From the NCBI RefSeq assembly GCF_048593235.1, contig NC_133618.1:628636889-628700888 (forward strand): a stretch of DNA of 64,000 bases. Reading direction: 5' to 3'. Under the pieces are notes generated by a model. That model worked only from the letters and a program-made list of their open reading frames with translations. It was not told the DNA's origin and did not search any database. Origin of the DNA: Sminthopsis crassicaudata. Taxonomy: Eukaryota. Positions 25,901-37,422 of this stretch are shown piece after piece. Every line of letters starts with the position of its first letter. The first letter of the stretch is position 1. The position numbers were made by a program, and so were the translations under genes.

Positions 25901-26502
25901 ACAGCCCGCGTTTTGGGAAGGAATCTTCGCCTCCGAGATTGAGGAGGGAGGTGACACTCTCAGTTTACAGTTGTAGAAAAGTCAGAAAAGCGCAAATCGA
26001 ATTTATTTACAGCCTGAGATGAACCAGGCCAGCGTAACCCAGCGGTCCTCACACTTTTGACATAGGGGCCAGGTCCCTGTCCCTCAGACTGTGGGAGGCC
26101 CGACTGTGGTAAAAGCAAAAGCTCACCCTCGTCTCCGCCCCTCAGCCCATTCGCCATAACCCGGGCCCATAAACGTCCTCAGCCGCCCTAGTTTGAGAAC
26201 CCCTGGTGCAGCCTGTGCTCTGCTCCGGGGTACCACCATCTTAGGGGGCAGCTTCCTTCCCGTGGCTCGCGCTTCTGGGATCCCGTGCCCTTCATTCCCT
26301 CCCTCCCATACCCCTCAGCACAATCTTCCTGCTCCTGCTGGACAAGGTCTCTCCCTGCTCTGCTCAGCATCCCGCGTTCATTGCGGTTTCTCCATCTTTG
26401 TCCGCACTGGAATGTCTCCCTTGGGGGCCAGTGTAAGTCCTCCTCCCACCGCGAAGTCTTTCCGGTGACCCTGGCCCACACAGGCTGTTAAAGGTATGCT
26501 CC

Positions 26503-26863
26503 CCAACTAAGTCAGGTCCAATTGATCAGTGATGGACAGAATCAGCTCCACCCAGAGCAGGAACACTGGGAAATGAGTGTAAAATGTCTGCATTTTTGTT
26601 TTTCTTCCCAGGTTATTTCTACCTTCCGAATCCAATTCTTCCTGTGCAACAAAACAATTAGGTTCTGCACATGTATATTGTATCTAGAATATACTGTAAC
26701 ACATTTAACATATATAAGATTGCCTGCCATCTAGGGGAGGGGGTGGAGCGAGGGAAAGAAAATTCGGAACAGAAGTGAGTGCAAGGGATAATGTTGTAAA
26801 AAATTACCCAGGCATATGTACTGTCAAAAAAAGTCATAATTATAAAATTAATTTTAAAAATTC
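26503..26863 (+). mobile_element. Young 5'-truncated L1 (3'UTR only) with TSD
   Basis: L1 3'UTR ...GCCATCTAGGGGAGGGGGTGGAG...AAATTCGGAACAGAAGTGAGTGCAAGGGATAATG. TTAAAGGTATG is present at both 26488-26498 and 26864-26874 (TT/AAAG endonuclease-type site). Confidence 0.9.
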
Positions 26864-27039
26864 TTAAAGGTATGTCCTCAGCTTTGCCAGTTATATTTAC
26901 AGTATAAGCATTCTGTTAAATTCCACTTCTCACATGTAACCTACACCATTTTGGTGTGTGCAGAAATCTTGTCTGGGGATTACCTATCATTACTTTGCTT
27001 CCCTCACTCTAGTCCCCCTCCCCAGTCAATAGCTGGTTT

Positions 27040-28045
27040 TCATCCCTTTCCCCCCAGAATGCAGCCCCCTAACTGATCTCTTCACCTCCACACTCTCTCT
27101 TCCCCAAGTCATGCTCCACACAGCTGCCGAGCTGATATTCCTGTAACATCCCTTTCCAAGAAGGTTCAATGACTCCCTGCTGCCTCTAGGAGAAAGATCA
27201 AATTACTCTGTTCATCACTTCGAGCACTTCCCAAATAGGTACCAACCTATCTTAGAAATGTCTTTCTCATTATTCCTCTATATACCTTCCATTCCAGCCA
27301 AACAAGGCATACGTGTATTTCCTGCCCTGTCTTAATATCTTTACCCAGACTGTTCCCATGCCAGCCAAACATGGCATACGTGTATTTCCTGCCCTGTCTT
27401 AATATCTTTACCCAGACTGTTCCCATGCCAGCCAAACATGGCATACGTGTATTTCCTGCCCTGTCTTAATATCTTTACCCAGACTGTTCCCATGCCAGCC
27501 AAACATGGCATACGTGTATTTCCTGCCCTGTCTTAATATCTTTACCCAGACTGTTCCCATGCCAGCCAAACATGGCATATGTGTATTTCCTGCCCTGTCT
27601 TAATATCTTTAGCCAGACTGTTCCCATGCCAGCCAAACATGGCATACGTGTATTTCCTGCCCTGTCTTGATGTCTTCACCCAGACTGTTCCCATGCCAGC
27701 CAAACATGGCATATGTTTATTTCCTGCCCTATCTTTAGGTCTTTGCCCAGACTGTTCCCATGCTTAGAATGCTGTCCCTCCTTCCCTCCACTGCTAAGAA
27801 TCCCTCTCTCCCTTCTAGAATCAACTTGAAACCTACTTTCTTTGGGAGATTTATCCTAATTCTCCAGCTCTTAATCCCCATTCCTAATCTTCCCTACCTA
27901 AAATTACTTAGCATTTACTTGGGAACCATTTTCTATCTGGATAAATGTGGATAAAAAAGCAAACACCTTAAGGACAAGAAGTATTCTCATATTTGTCTTT
28001 CAAGCTCTAGTAGAATCAATAAATGCTCCTTCAATTGAATTGCAT
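27040..28045 (+). mobile_element. L2 remnant hosting a minisatellite
   Basis: L2 body motifs before 27294 (AATGACTCCCTGCTGCCTCTAGG, TTCCATTCCAGCCAAAC), after 27763 (CCCATGCTTAGAATGC), and a degenerate L2 end near 28020. Confidence 0.7.
27294..27762 (+). repeat. Minisatellite, 7 x 67 bp
   Basis: Units start at 27294, 27361, 27428, 27495, 27562, 27629 and 27696. Consensus CCAGCCAAACATGGCATACGTGTATTTCCTGCCCTGTCTTAATATCTTTACCCAGACTGTTCCCATG. Confidence 0.98.
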
Positions 28046-30319
28046 AATGAGCGTCCATAAACACTTAGGCTTCTAGGACCCCAAGATTCAGAGCCATAAT
28101 GGATTTTAGAGATATTATCTAACTCCCTTAGCTTATATGCAAGAGACAAGAACCAAGAGAGTGACAGGATCAGTGAAGCTAAGTGGTGAACCAGAACCTC
28201 AGTCCAGATCTTCTATTTCCAAATCCAAAGATTTTTCCTGCAATATCACACAGAACTGAAACTGAACTAAAATGACTCAGATCCTTCCCTAGACTGCTCC
28301 AGGAGGGCACGCTCAATCTCTTTGAGGGCAAAGTGCCCTAAGCATGTCAGAATTAGTTCAAAAAGCTGATACCCTACAACAGGAACAAAGAAAATGGGCA
28401 GATGATGGACACGAGGCAAATGGCTCCTTGATCCTATCTATTAGGAATTCCTTTCATGTATGGGTAAGACCAAATAACCACTAAGGTCCTTCCAACTCTC
28501 AAATTCAGTGACTCTGTGATCTCCCATAGTGCACTGAGCCATCATGAGATCTCCATGGGGACACTGTGTCAGCAGAGATGTCTAGCTCCTGCTTTCAAAT
28601 ATAAAAAGCACTTTGCTTCTGCTGCACTGCCCGGTTTCTGTCCCACAGAAGGAGATGCCTCCCCAAGGATAAACTCATGACTTCTAACCCACCGCCATGC
28701 TATCTCAAGCCTTGATTGACGTCGCCTTCCCTCAGTTTCCTTTCCCTTATGATTGGAGGGCTACAGAGCAATGGATCAAACTCATTCCAATGCCTTCCTT
28801 TACAGAGAGTAAAAGTTATACTCAATTCCCTCCACTTTGTCTCTGCTAGCTTTCCTGATTTCAACTCCTTGGAATAAGACACCTGTTGGAGTCTCTTCTT
28901 CCCCTCCTCTACTTTTCTGTGTCCTTTTTTATGTCTTCTTCTCCTTTAGATTGTAAGCTCTTTGAGGACAGGGACCGTCTTTCATTTTATTACTTGTATC
29001 CTCAGCACAGTGCCCAGCACATAGTAGGCATTTAACAAATGTTTATTGAATTGGATAGGAATAAGTGGGTCCTTTTAAGAACAGAAGGGGGATCAGGCTC
29101 AACTTTCATGTAAGGAACTCCTCGTATCCACCTCACTTCTCTATGACCATCAAGAATCCTCATGCTTCTCCCCTCCTTTTCTGGGGTCGGCCCTCTCCCA
29201 ACACTCCATTTCCTCTTGGTTCCAATCCCAGATGCTCTTCCCCAACACTTCTGACCCAGCCCATCTTCCCGCTTTTCTCCATCACCCTGTGGCTTGTGTG
29301 CTATCTTTGCTATGCTTCTTTTAAATCCCTCTCTTCCCCTCTCCTCACCAACTGTTATTCAGTTCCCTTTCCCAAGATTCGGGTTAGCTGTCAGCCTTAG
29401 AGCACAGAGCCCACCCCACCTTGTCCCTCCCAAGCCAAGGAGATGGTTGAATGTCCCGCCAGCCAGTGATGGGCTGTGACAGATGATGTATTCGCCCCTC
29501 ACTGCACACAATAAACTTGGAGACCAGGCAGGTTCCCAGTTTGGCTTTCTCCCTGTGTTTGCCTTAGCCAACAGTTTTTCCATTTCATTTGCTCTTGCTC
29601 TTGTCATCTCCCACTGCTCACAGTTCTAACAAACTTCCTTTCTTCCTTGATGGCAATGGTCCGACCTTGTCAAGGATCCCAACTTGTGCTACCTCCCATT
29701 TTCCTTTTTTATTCTCTTTGCCCTCCTTGGGTTATCCTTCAGAAAATGTCCCACAGCACTCCCTCTTGAAGAAACGGTATGGTCTCTGTGGACTGGGTTA
29801 TCCCTTCTGATTCTGGGAATTCTCTGATGTCATTCATGCCTTTCTGCCAATATGTAAGGGAATAATGTCACAATAGGGTTTAAAGATAGCTTTAAACAAG
29901 AATCAAACACATACAAGAAAGGGAAATGCAAGGGCTAATTAAAAATGCCAAGTGCAAAACCATGCTGCCATATAATTAGCAGGAAGGACCAATGGTCTCC
30001 AAAGTAAGTGAAGCATCATTCATGGAAGCAAGGACTTGGACCCACCAAGGAAGGTGGTCTTGGGCCAATGGAAATCTCAGCTTTTCTGGATGGATGGGGG
30101 AAAAGCTGTACAGTCTGGATCCTGCATAAAGTTCATCCTCATAGCATCTTGAATTCAAGGAAAAGAAAGAAAGAGGGAAAAGAAAAGGAAGTAGAAAAGA
30201 AAGGACAAAAAGAAAGAGGGGAAATGTAGAAGTGAAGGAAAAAATCAGATAGCAGATGAAAGAAAAGGAGACAAAAGGGAAAAGAGGAAAGGGGATGGAA
30301 GGATAGACCAAAAAAGTGA

Positions 30320-30606
30320 ATAGGTGAAGTTTTCTCTACTGAAGAATGACCAGAGACCTACACTGATTGGACCCCCATTCATATAGACAAAAATATAGCC
30401 AATCAACTATAATCATTACTTTCCTGGATGCTGAGACAGCTCCTCTAAGCATGAAATTGACTGTCCTAATCTCGAACCTTAAGCATTTTCAGCACTCAGA
30501 GAAGAGGGTTCCAGAGTAAGAGAAAGCAGGTTCCAGATGTCTTATCAATTGATTATTCAGTCTCTATAATAAAGGATCTCCTACTGCCAATCAAGACATT
30601 TGAACA
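30320..30606 (+). mobile_element. Possible solo LTR
   Basis: CCAAT boxes (GATTGG, GCCAATC), AATAAA about 30 bp before a ...GAACA end. No clean TSD seen. Confidence 0.35.
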
Positions 30607-32685
30607 GTGTGGGTTTGTCCGTGCAGTGAAGACTGGAGGCTAAGGAGACAGTTCCAGATCATGGAGCCAGAGATGGAGAGACCTTTTGAGATCCTCATGT
30701 CCAGCAGCTTCCATTTACAGACGACTTCTAAAAATATTAATTGCCTTGCCCAGAGACAAGCAGTAGGTCAGTCAATAACTACTGAATAATTGCTATGTCC
30801 TAGGTATCATGGCAAGTATTAGGGATATAAATAAGGCAAAAAGTACTATCCTTGCCCTCAAAGAGTTTACATTCACATGGGATGTTCTGAATAAGACAGA
30901 ATTGGAACCCAAGTTCTTCCCAAATTCAAGCCCACCATTCTATCTACCACTTCTTATAGTATTGAGTAACATATATACTTACAAAAACCAATGGCTTGTT
31001 CAAGGACAATTAGTGAATTACAAACAAAACTAATCCCTGGAGCTCCCAGAAGGCCTCACATCTAGTCTTTGGCCTTAGCCCCTCGTTCCCCCCTCCCCAT
31101 TTGGGAAGTGGGCTTGAGAGCCAGAAGACTCTCTCTATGGCCAGTTTTCCCATTCCCTGAGACTCCTTCTCTCCCTGAGATTTGCAAACTGCCCTCACAC
31201 TCCCTGAGAGAGGCCCAGGACATGCCATCCTGGGGCATTTCTAGAAGGACTGGCAGTGTTTCAAGGTAGCATTTTCTCATCCCTCAGAAGAGAGAAACAA
31301 AAGTCCAAGGGATTGTGGGAGCAGCCGTTTCCCAAGCTCCCAATTCCGGAGCAGCACAATTCAGTACATTTCAAGGGGAATTTTATAGAGTGCAACAAAC
31401 TGGTATAGGTCTACTCCCTGAATTAATGGCTCTGGGCTCAGTTGTGACTGAGAAAATCCAGGCTGGGCTGGGGGAAATTGTAAGATTCATGACTCCTCAT
31501 TTACCTTCTGTCCGTATCCATTGATCTCCCTGGCACTTGTTCTAAAAACCCAACGCCAGCCTGTTCAATGCTCTTTTGAAAGCTGTGCATTCAAAGCTGT
31601 GGGTAAAGACGATTTTATTCATAATGGGAGTCCAAGGGAATTGGTATGGGAGGGGCGGTGGAAGGGAAGGAGTGAATCAGAATCTCTGGGCTGCCCCTGG
31701 GAGCTTGCATCCTCTCCAAAGGAGCTGGCTTCACCCTTCACTTTCAGGCTGTTGCTTTGGTAGGCAGGTAAGGATGTGGCCTCAGCATTAGCTGGCCCGG
31801 ACGCATCTTCCAAAAGGACCCGGGGAGAAGAGGACACAGGACGGAGGGAGGGAGCCACAGATTGGGCAGCCGGCACACACAATGGTGACATAGATTGGAT
31901 CCACAGGAGAATTTTTCACTGAGTAGCAATGAAAGAAGTCCTATCCTACTGCTTACTCAAGGGGATAACCTGAAACCTGCACTCAGCAAGTATCCAGGCC
32001 CTCATTTAGTCCAGCTGGGCAACTGGGCCACATATGGCTGAAGAGTCAATAGCCATGTTCATTTTCAGCTCTGTGTCATGGGCAGTTTCTCGTATTGATC
32101 TTCCCCTTCTCCTAGAGACAAGCACTGGTCCCCTATAGAGCAAATCTATTTCTGAGGCTGCTCAAACTCAATTAATAGGATTGGAAAAGCAAATAATTGG
32201 GTCTAGGGTCCACTCTGAGCCAGTCCCATATCACACAAAAGGTCTTTTTAACCGTACTGTTGGCCAGCAAGGAGACAGTGGGACCAGCAGGGAAAGTGCT
32301 AGTTGGACTGAGAGCAAGTACTGCCAAGTACAGATCCTACCCCCACTATTTACTACTCTGTGATTGTGGACGAACTGCTTAACTACTCTGGGGCCTCAGT
32401 TTCTTTTTCTATAAGAGGGGAAAGGAATTGGGCTAGATTAACTCTCACATCACTTTAAATATTAAATCTCTGATCCTAAGGATAGATACTTGAGCTGCAC
32501 CCACATTTCCTGATGAATCCAATATTTTGTTGATATTTTAATTTAATAGCCTCTAGGCTAACATGAAGAAAGGAATGAAATAAGCATTTATTAAGCACCG
32601 AATAGATGCCAGACACTACATTAATAATTTTACAAATATCCTCTCATTTGAATCTCACATGAATCCTGGGCGATGGGTGCTATTT

Positions 32686-32919
32686 TTATTGTTCAGCCGT
32701 TTTAACATTGTCCAACTCTCCATGACTTCATTTGGTGTTTTCTTAACAAAGATGCTGAAATGTATCTTTTTCTTCTCTAGCTCCTTTTACAGATGGGGAA
32801 ACTGAGGCAAACTGGGTGCCCAGAGTCACACAGCTACTAAGTATCTGAGACTAGCTTTGAGCTCAGGTCTTCCTAACTCTTGTCCTGGCACTCTGTCCAC
32901 TGTGTCACCTAACTGCCTC
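32686..32919 (-). mobile_element. Mar1-type SINE nested in a MIR
   Basis: TTGTTCAGCCGTTTT...GTCCAACTCTCCATGAC tail, ACAGATGGGGAAACTGAGGC core, CACCTAACTGCCTC head. Flanked by GGTGCTATT / GGTGGTATT (degenerate TSD), with MIR sequence on both sides. Confidence 0.8.
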
Positions 32920-33319
32920 AGGTGGTATTATTATCCCCATTTTACAGTTGAAGAAACTTTATTTTTAAAGGCAAAGAGAAGAGGGTTGCTTTCATTTTTA
33001 TAGATATTATTAATAGTGTTTACATGGGGACAAGCATTGTGCTAAGCGCTTTACAATTAATTATCTCATTTGATGCTCGTAACAACTGTTAGAGATATGT
33101 ATATATGTAGGTTCATATTATTATGATGATCCCCATTTCATAGTTAAGGAAACTGAGGCAAACACAGTTGAAGTGTCTTGCCCAAAGTCACACAACTAAT
33201 GGGTATCTGAATCTGGATTTGAACTCAGGATTCCCTGAGCCCAGGCCTAGTGCTCTGTGCACTTCAATACCATCCAGCTACCTTGCTTTTCCATGCTAAG
33301 GTTCTATGAGTTCCTTTCT

Positions 33320-33560
33320 GATCACAAAACCACAGAATCTCAGAATTCAAAGGCCCCCAGAATCCATCCAATCTAACCTCGACCTTAACACAGTTCTCTA
33401 CAGCAAAGGATGCCATTCCTTTTGGAAGAATTGTTTGAGAATGTTCAGTGAAAGGAAAACTCTGAAGGCAATTTCCTTTTTTTACATTGCCTCTCTTCAA
33501 CTTCCATTGGTCCATTACCCCTGATTCATCCGTTGGGGCAAGCAGAACTGTCTAGTCTGG
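33320..33560 (-). mobile_element. L3/CR1 3' fragment
   Basis: CACAGAATCTCAGAATTCAAAGG...ATCCAATCTAACC...GGGGCAAGCAGAAC matches the reverse L3 end. Confidence 0.6.
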
Positions 33561-33663
33561 ACCAACATAATCTCAAGGCTTCCAAGCAAACTTACATGGT
33601 AGAGGGGACCCATTTTAAAACTTGGTGTGAAGTTCAGTTTCAGTGATCAGGACCAAAGCTGAG

Positions 33664-33948
33664 TCAGAGATGGCCTCTCTCAAAGAAGTCATCTTTGACT
33701 GGGATGTCATAGCTGGGTAAGATTCCGTTATCTTCATTCTCATTCTCTTCATCACTGCTATTCTCATCATCATCCCAATCATCACCAAACACAGATAAGG
33801 ATTTCTGCTCCTCCTTGTGAATTCTCCATCTCCTGTAATATACCTGGGCATCTGTCGCCATATTTGAAAAAATGAAGGGATAGGATATTCTGCATTTTAA
33901 TGATCCCATTATTCTCCATTTCTGATGGGAGAGGCTGTGTTTACCCAC
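33664..33948 (-). other. Unidentified short ORF with an acidic stretch (possible pseudogene fragment or chance)
   Basis: 94-aa ORF; internal MATDAQ start in good Kozak context; DDWDDDENSSDEENENED tract. No homology recognised. Confidence 0.2.
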
Positions 33949-35537
33949 AGCTTCTCTGCCAATTATGATTAAATGGGACAGTGGAAGAAAGAAAGACTAA
34001 AAAGGGTCACTAAAGAATGGAGGAGGGGGGCACAATTTAGGGGGTTAACAGAACAGTGATAGTTAAAAAAGAATAATTCATCTGAGCTTGTGTTTTGGGC
34101 TTGTTTTCTTTTGCTTTGCCTTTCAAGCTTGAGTGAAAATATGTTTTTAAATATTATCTTGGCTATGAAAAGAGAGAAAGGCAATATTCCTTCCATCTCT
34201 AAGAATTTGGGGAGTATATGTATATGTAAATGTATATATATATGAATATATACATATATACATATATAAAGTGCTTTGAGATCTCTAAATATGTGGGTGG
34301 GGGAGCATTATACATATACCAATAATTCTTATTGTTCAGCCTCTGACAATGACCTAAAGTTGATCAGCTTGATCTAAAGTCTTGTTGACTCCAGAGCCCT
34401 CTCTTTATCCCCTATCCAGGGTCTCACCATCCTCATTTTTAATGATAAAACTGAATTTCAGAGATGTTAAGCTACATGGACAAGGTCACACAGCTATTAA
34501 GTGTCAGGGCCAGCTTTGAACCTGTCTTTCTGACTTCATGTCCACCACTCTACCCACTATCCAACACTGCCTTTTATTACATTCGATAACTGTGGGTTAT
34601 TTATTGTTACTATAATCCCCAGATAGAAGGGGATTGTTCTTTAGGACAAAGACTATTTCATTGTTTATCTTCATAGCACAATTTCTGCCACAGGGTAGGC
34701 ACTTAATAAATGATCATCAATTTATTATTACTATTTATTAATCCATTTTAAAATCCTCCAATTTTTCTGTTATCACTCTCTTGGAGGTAAACCATTAAGA
34801 GCGTCTTGTGTAACTTTTGTGAGACTAGATCTCAGGGGACATTTACCAACAGCCCCAGGTCATACTGACTCAGGGAATAGCAAACAAGGAATCAGGCCTA
34901 AGGGGAGCTATCATCAGTGAGGGTTTTGTCTGAATCAATTTACAAAGGAAAACTTTAATGTAAAAGAAGATGAAAAACACACTAATCCACACAATTCTTT
35001 CTCAATCTAACTGTGGGGTTATTGGCAACTAGTACAATCTTGATAATGAGTAGGTGACACAGATTCTTCCTCCTTCCTTGGAAAAAAAGGAGCATTTATC
35101 TACAATGTACCAGGTGCCCAGCCCTGAGCTAGACACAGTGTGAGATAAACAGCAACAGAAAAAAAGAGATATTGGCTGGTGGTTTAAAGGGAAATGGCCC
35201 AAAGAGTCAGAAGACCCTGATTCCAAGACCATTTCTGCCACTTAATGATACATTAACAATGTATAAATAGCATCATACCTCTGCATGGGTCTTAGTTTTC
35301 ATCTCTAAAAGTCTATGATTCTATGCCACTGAAAAGATTTAAAATCTTACTGGGGGAGAGACAAGCGACAGAGACAGAGACAAGAGACAAAGAAGAGACA
35401 AAGAGACAGAAACAGGAGGAAGTAGATGTTAATATAGATGGGATATTTACAGATCAAGATATATAGAGATATGGAGACACAGTGATCTATATCTCTATAT
35501 ATCTTGGTCTAGATATGTCACATATCTATATCATATA

Positions 35538-36500
35538 NNNNNNNNNNNNNNNNNNNNNNNNNNNNNNNNNNNNNNNNNNNNNNNNNNNNNNNNNNNNNNN
35601 NNNNNNNNNNNNNNNNNNNNNNNNNNNNNNNNNNNNNNNNNNNNNNNNNNNNNNNNNNNNNNNNNNNNNNNNNNNNNNNNNNNNNNNNNNNNNNNNNNNN
35701 NNNNNNNNNNNNNNNNNNNNNNNNNNNNNNNNNNNNNNNNNNNNNNNNNNNNNNNNNNNNNNNNNNNNNNNNNNNNNNNNNNNNNNNNNNNNNNNNNNNN
35801 NNNNNNNNNNNNNNNNNNNNNNNNNNNNNNNNNNNNNNNNNNNNNNNNNNNNNNNNNNNNNNNNNNNNNNNNNNNNNNNNNNNNNNNNNNNNNNNNNNNN
35901 NNNNNNNNNNNNNNNNNNNNNNNNNNNNNNNNNNNNNNNNNNNNNNNNNNNNNNNNNNNNNNNNNNNNNNNNNNNNNNNNNNNNNNNNNNNNNNNNNNNN
36001 NNNNNNNNNNNNNNNNNNNNNNNNNNNNNNNNNNNNNNNNNNNNNNNNNNNNNNNNNNNNNNNNNNNNNNNNNNNNNNNNNNNNNNNNNNNNNNNNNNNN
36101 NNNNNNNNNNNNNNNNNNNNNNNNNNNNNNNNNNNNNNNNNNNNNNNNNNNNNNNNNNNNNNNNNNNNNNNNNNNNNNNNNNNNNNNNNNNNNNNNNNNN
36201 NNNNNNNNNGNNNNNNNNNNNNNNNNNNNNNNNNNNNNNNNNNNNNNNNNNNNNNNNNNNNNNNNNNNNNNNNNNNNNNNNNNNNNNNNNNNNNNNNNNN
36301 NNNNNNNNNNNNNNNNNNNNNNNNNNNNNNNNNNNNNNNNNNNNNNNNNNNNNNNNNNNNNNNNNNNNNNNNNNNNNNNNNNNNNNNNNNNNNNNNNNNN
36401 NNNNNNNNNNNNNNNNNNNNNNNNNNNNNNNNNNNNNNNNNNNNNNNNNNNNNNNNNNNNNNNNNNNNNNNNNNNNNNNNNNNNNNNNNNNNNNNNNNNN
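35538..36500. other. Assembly gap (N run, with a single G at 36210)
   Basis: Read directly from sequence. Confidence 0.99.
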
Positions 36501-37422
36501 GAAAAATAAAGCAAGCCTTCCTTCCAATCAGATGAGTTAGCTCACTAACATATGCACAAATCTTGCTCATTTTTTTCTTGCTCGTTCTTGCTCCCTGACT
36601 TCTCACTGCTAGGAATGGCCTCTGAGTCCCTCATCCTGATACATGAAGAAGGCTTGAGTTTGAATCTTAATTCTGCCATCCCACTGGGTAACTCAACTAC
36701 TGGAATCAGTATACTTTTAGACAGAGAAAACCAGATGGATGGGATGAACTTTAGGCAACTAGTTATGATGGGGGAACCCAGTTACTTCAAGGACCTGGAA
36801 TAGTGGTAGAGAGAGTAAGCTTCCCAACAACACAAATCTCAACTCATCGACTACTTAATGGGCAGATGGTCTTGGAGTAATGATATAGTCAAAAACTTGT
36901 AACCCCAGAGCCAAACTGGTCACAAGCCTCTCTGATGGGTCCTTGGGTGACAGGTGAATGAGTGCTACAAAGCCCATACTCAAAGCTAACCTGGCTTGGG
37001 CAGGATCTGCCAGACCTGACTTCCATTAGTTCTGCCTTCAAGAGCCCCTAGTCACTTATACACCAAGATGAGGCATTGGAATAGAGAGGGAGAGAAGGAG
37101 AGAGAAAGAGAAGGGAGGAGAGAGAGGGGGAGCAGAGGGAAGAAAGGAGGGAAGGAGGGAGAGACAGAGACAGGGAGACAGACACAGACATAGATTATTT
37201 TTAGTTAATTAAGTCACTAATTAGTTTTTTTAAAATCTCTTTGGGAGAGCAGAGGGAACTTGTCAATAGTCAGGGGTCAGTGGGATGGCACAAGATCCAG
37301 ACACAGCAAACATGGAATCAAATCCCACCTCTGCTCCTCCTACCTGTGTGGCTTTGAACAAGTCGCTTTCCCTATGTGGACCTTAGCTTCCCTGTCTATA
37401 AAATGAAAGAACTGGACTAGAT

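Larger units (their letters stand above)
25010..26470. promoter_or_regulatory. CpG island (probable promoter or CGI enhancer)
   Basis: Sharp switch from a CpG-depleted, AT-rich background to very dense CpG and high GC. GC boxes at 25281 and 25313. Confidence 0.88.

Noticed and set aside
24968-26022. Long ORFs of 172 aa and 217 aa over the CpG island
   Set aside because: Pro/Gly/Arg/Ser-rich translations are typical of GC-rich DNA that lacks stops; the 217-aa ORF reads through a MIR; no recognisable domain.
27294-27762. CRISPR-like array
   Set aside because: Units are directly contiguous with no unique spacers, and the context is mammalian; it is a minisatellite.
31750-31767. CCFGRQ resembling the natriuretic peptide ring (CFG-R)
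   Set aside because: No downstream DRI/second Cys motif; continues as VRMWPQH; chance match.
35482-36606. 327-362-aa ORFs (also at 44.0-44.5 kb and 47.8-48.2 kb)
   Set aside because: Artefacts of N runs translated as X.
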